Source of the DNA: a virus | Virus record (IMG/VR): IMGVR_UViG_3300045988_121434 | Location: 1-64,000 of that record | Length of the DNA: 64,000 nt | Direction: 5' to 3' (one strand) | Shown here: positions 62,825 to 64,000 of the stretch, in pieces | Layout: every line of letters starts with the position of its first letter | Numbering within the stretch: the first letter of the stretch is position 1 | Translations under genes and position numbers: made by a program | Notes under the pieces: model-generated | Database searches by the model: none | Told to the model about the DNA's origin: nothing | The model's input: only the letters and a program-made list of their open reading frames with translations

Positions 62825-63322
62825 ATGATTTTACCCGAAAACTGCAAGGAAATATTCCTCGAAGGCGTGACAGATGCCTATATCTACCCCACGGCAAATG
62901 CCGTGTTGCCTGTGCCGTTTGCCGTGGCGCAGATACTCAGCATGAACAACTGCAAGTTGGGCGATGCGCTCCTGCATATCGCCACAGCCGGAGAAATCTA
63001 CGTTGTGGCGGATACGCTATCGGCGAAGTCTACCTCGGCGAGAAACGGCAATGGCATCGTCTTTTCCCTCGAAATAAGCGCGACAATAATCGAAGACAAA
63101 GAAAATGTGCGTGAAACACGACGAAAAATCGCCATTGAGGGCGATGATTACTATGTTGTGCTGAAACGTGAGGATGGCACTCTCTATCTGTGCTACACCC
63201 TGCCCGGCACATTCGTCTTCAATGCAAGTAACAGCATAACGCAGACGAGCGAGCAAGTGTCGCTCACAATATCCATGAAGTCGATGTCGGACTTCATTCC
63301 TATAACAATACAGGAGAGCTAA
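62825..63322 (+). CDS. hypothetical protein
   Basis: 165-aa ORF. Confidence 0.55.
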   Translation: MILPENCKEIFLEGVTDAYIYPTANAVLPVPFAVAQILSMNNCKLGDALLHIATAGEIYVVADTLSAKSTSARNGNGIVFSLEISATIIEDKENVRETRRKIAIEGDDYYVVLKREDGTLYLCYTLPGTFVFNASNSITQTSEQVSLTISMKSMSDFIPITIQES

Positions 63323-63347
63323 GAACTTCTTTTGAATATATGTACGG

Positions 63348-63382
63348 AATGCCGTTACTCGCGAAAGTGGCGGCATTTTTTT
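63348..63382 (+). terminator. rho-independent terminator
   Basis: AATGCCG (63348-54) pairs with CGGCATT (63371-77), followed by a T-run. Confidence 0.7.
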
Positions 63383-63492
63383 GTCCCTATTTGCGCCAGT
63401 TGCTTTGTTACTTTTGCAGAAGACAATTTTAGGACATTTCCCACAGGTAAAGGGATTGTATTTGGGATAACAACATAAACACAAGTTTAATA

Positions 63493-64000
63493 ATGAAAGG
63501 TCTTTATGAGATATTAACTGAAAAGACATGGATGGTCCGTCCCGATTTTGTTCACGGCATACGCAAGGCTTTGGAACAGAACCTGAACACCCATGCGGCT
63601 TTCAGCAAGCCCGAAAAGCAGTGCGGCTTCGTTACTGCCGTGGCTGCTGACGGCACGGTGTACTACCCGGAGGAATATCAGATTTCCGAGGATGGCAAGC
63701 AGGTGAAGGGCAACTGGGCTTTGGGCTATGAGAAGGAGCAGACATTTCCTTTCGTTTCGGTCTTGACTATCGACGGCCCGATTACCCGCAATGGTGGGGG
63801 ATGCTCGTATGGCTCTATCGATCACCGCGACATGATGATGCGTGCAGCCGACCATCCGCTTTGCTGCGGTCACGTGTTCATCATCAACACACCCGGTGGT
63901 TCGGCATGGGCAAAGAACGACTATCAGCAGGCTATTGACTATGCACATTCCAAGGGGCAGAAAGTTTTGGCTTTTATTGACGGCATGTGCGCCTCGGTTG
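63493..64000 (+). CDS. S49/ClpP-type head maturation protease, 5' partial (runs off the window)
   Basis: MKGLYEILTEKTW..VLTIDGPITRNGG..HVFIINTPGGSAWAKNDYQQAIDYAHSKGQKVLAFIDGMCAS fits the SppA/S49 pattern; open to the window end, so absent from the ORF track. Confidence 0.7.
   Translation, partial: MKGLYEILTEKTWMVRPDFVHGIRKALEQNLNTHAAFSKPEKQCGFVTAVAADGTVYYPEEYQISEDGKQVKGNWALGYEKEQTFPFVSVLTIDGPITRNGGGCSYGSIDHRDMMMRAADHPLCCGHVFIINTPGGSAWAKNDYQQAIDYAHSKGQKVLAFIDGMCASV

Noticed and set aside
1-64000. Integrase, reverse transcriptase (DGR/retron), CRISPR-Cas, or toxin-antitoxin pairs
   Set aside because: I found no tyrosine or serine recombinase motifs, no YxDD reverse transcriptase motif and no recognisable toxin families in the translated ORFs. 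Absence is based on visual motif reading only.

Overview
The window reads as most of a temperate tailed-phage genome from a Bacteroidota host. Supporting signs are Bacteroides-type TAnnTTTG -7 boxes, no Shine-Dalgarno sites, and densely packed ORFs with ATGA stop/start overlaps. Modules in order: (i) early small genes with repeated leader motifs (1-10.1 kb); (ii) a GC-rich lipoprotein moron; (iii) a plasmid-style maintenance block (repeat-rich parS-like region, ParA, RHH protein, iterons, Rep_3-like initiator; 11.1-14.4 kb); (iv) a CI-like repressor switch; (v) a replication block (DEDDh exonuclease, zinc-finger primase/SF3-helicase fusion, SSB, sliding clamp; 16.9-25.1 kb); (vi) accessory genes (LemA-like, GNATs, YopX, Gly-repeat protein, RtcB); (vii) a minus-strand operon of radical SAM, PAPS-reductase-like protein, two N-methyltransferases and TerL (43.4-50.8 kb); (viii) the tape measure gene; (ix) a primase-like/dNMP kinase/ThyX-like/MazG island; and (x) the start of an S49 head protease. 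No integrase is visible, so a phage-plasmid lifestyle is plausible. The most unusual locus is 35964-40360. A circularly permuted C5-cytosine methyltransferase core is flanked by 13 short ORFs, mostly below the ORF-track cutoff. Each looks like an isolated target-recognition domain (TRD). They are joined by a conserved ATGAnTAA stop/start overlap, and five carry G7-G11 tracts, two of them currently out of frame. All functional calls rest on motifs read by eye; no database search was possible.
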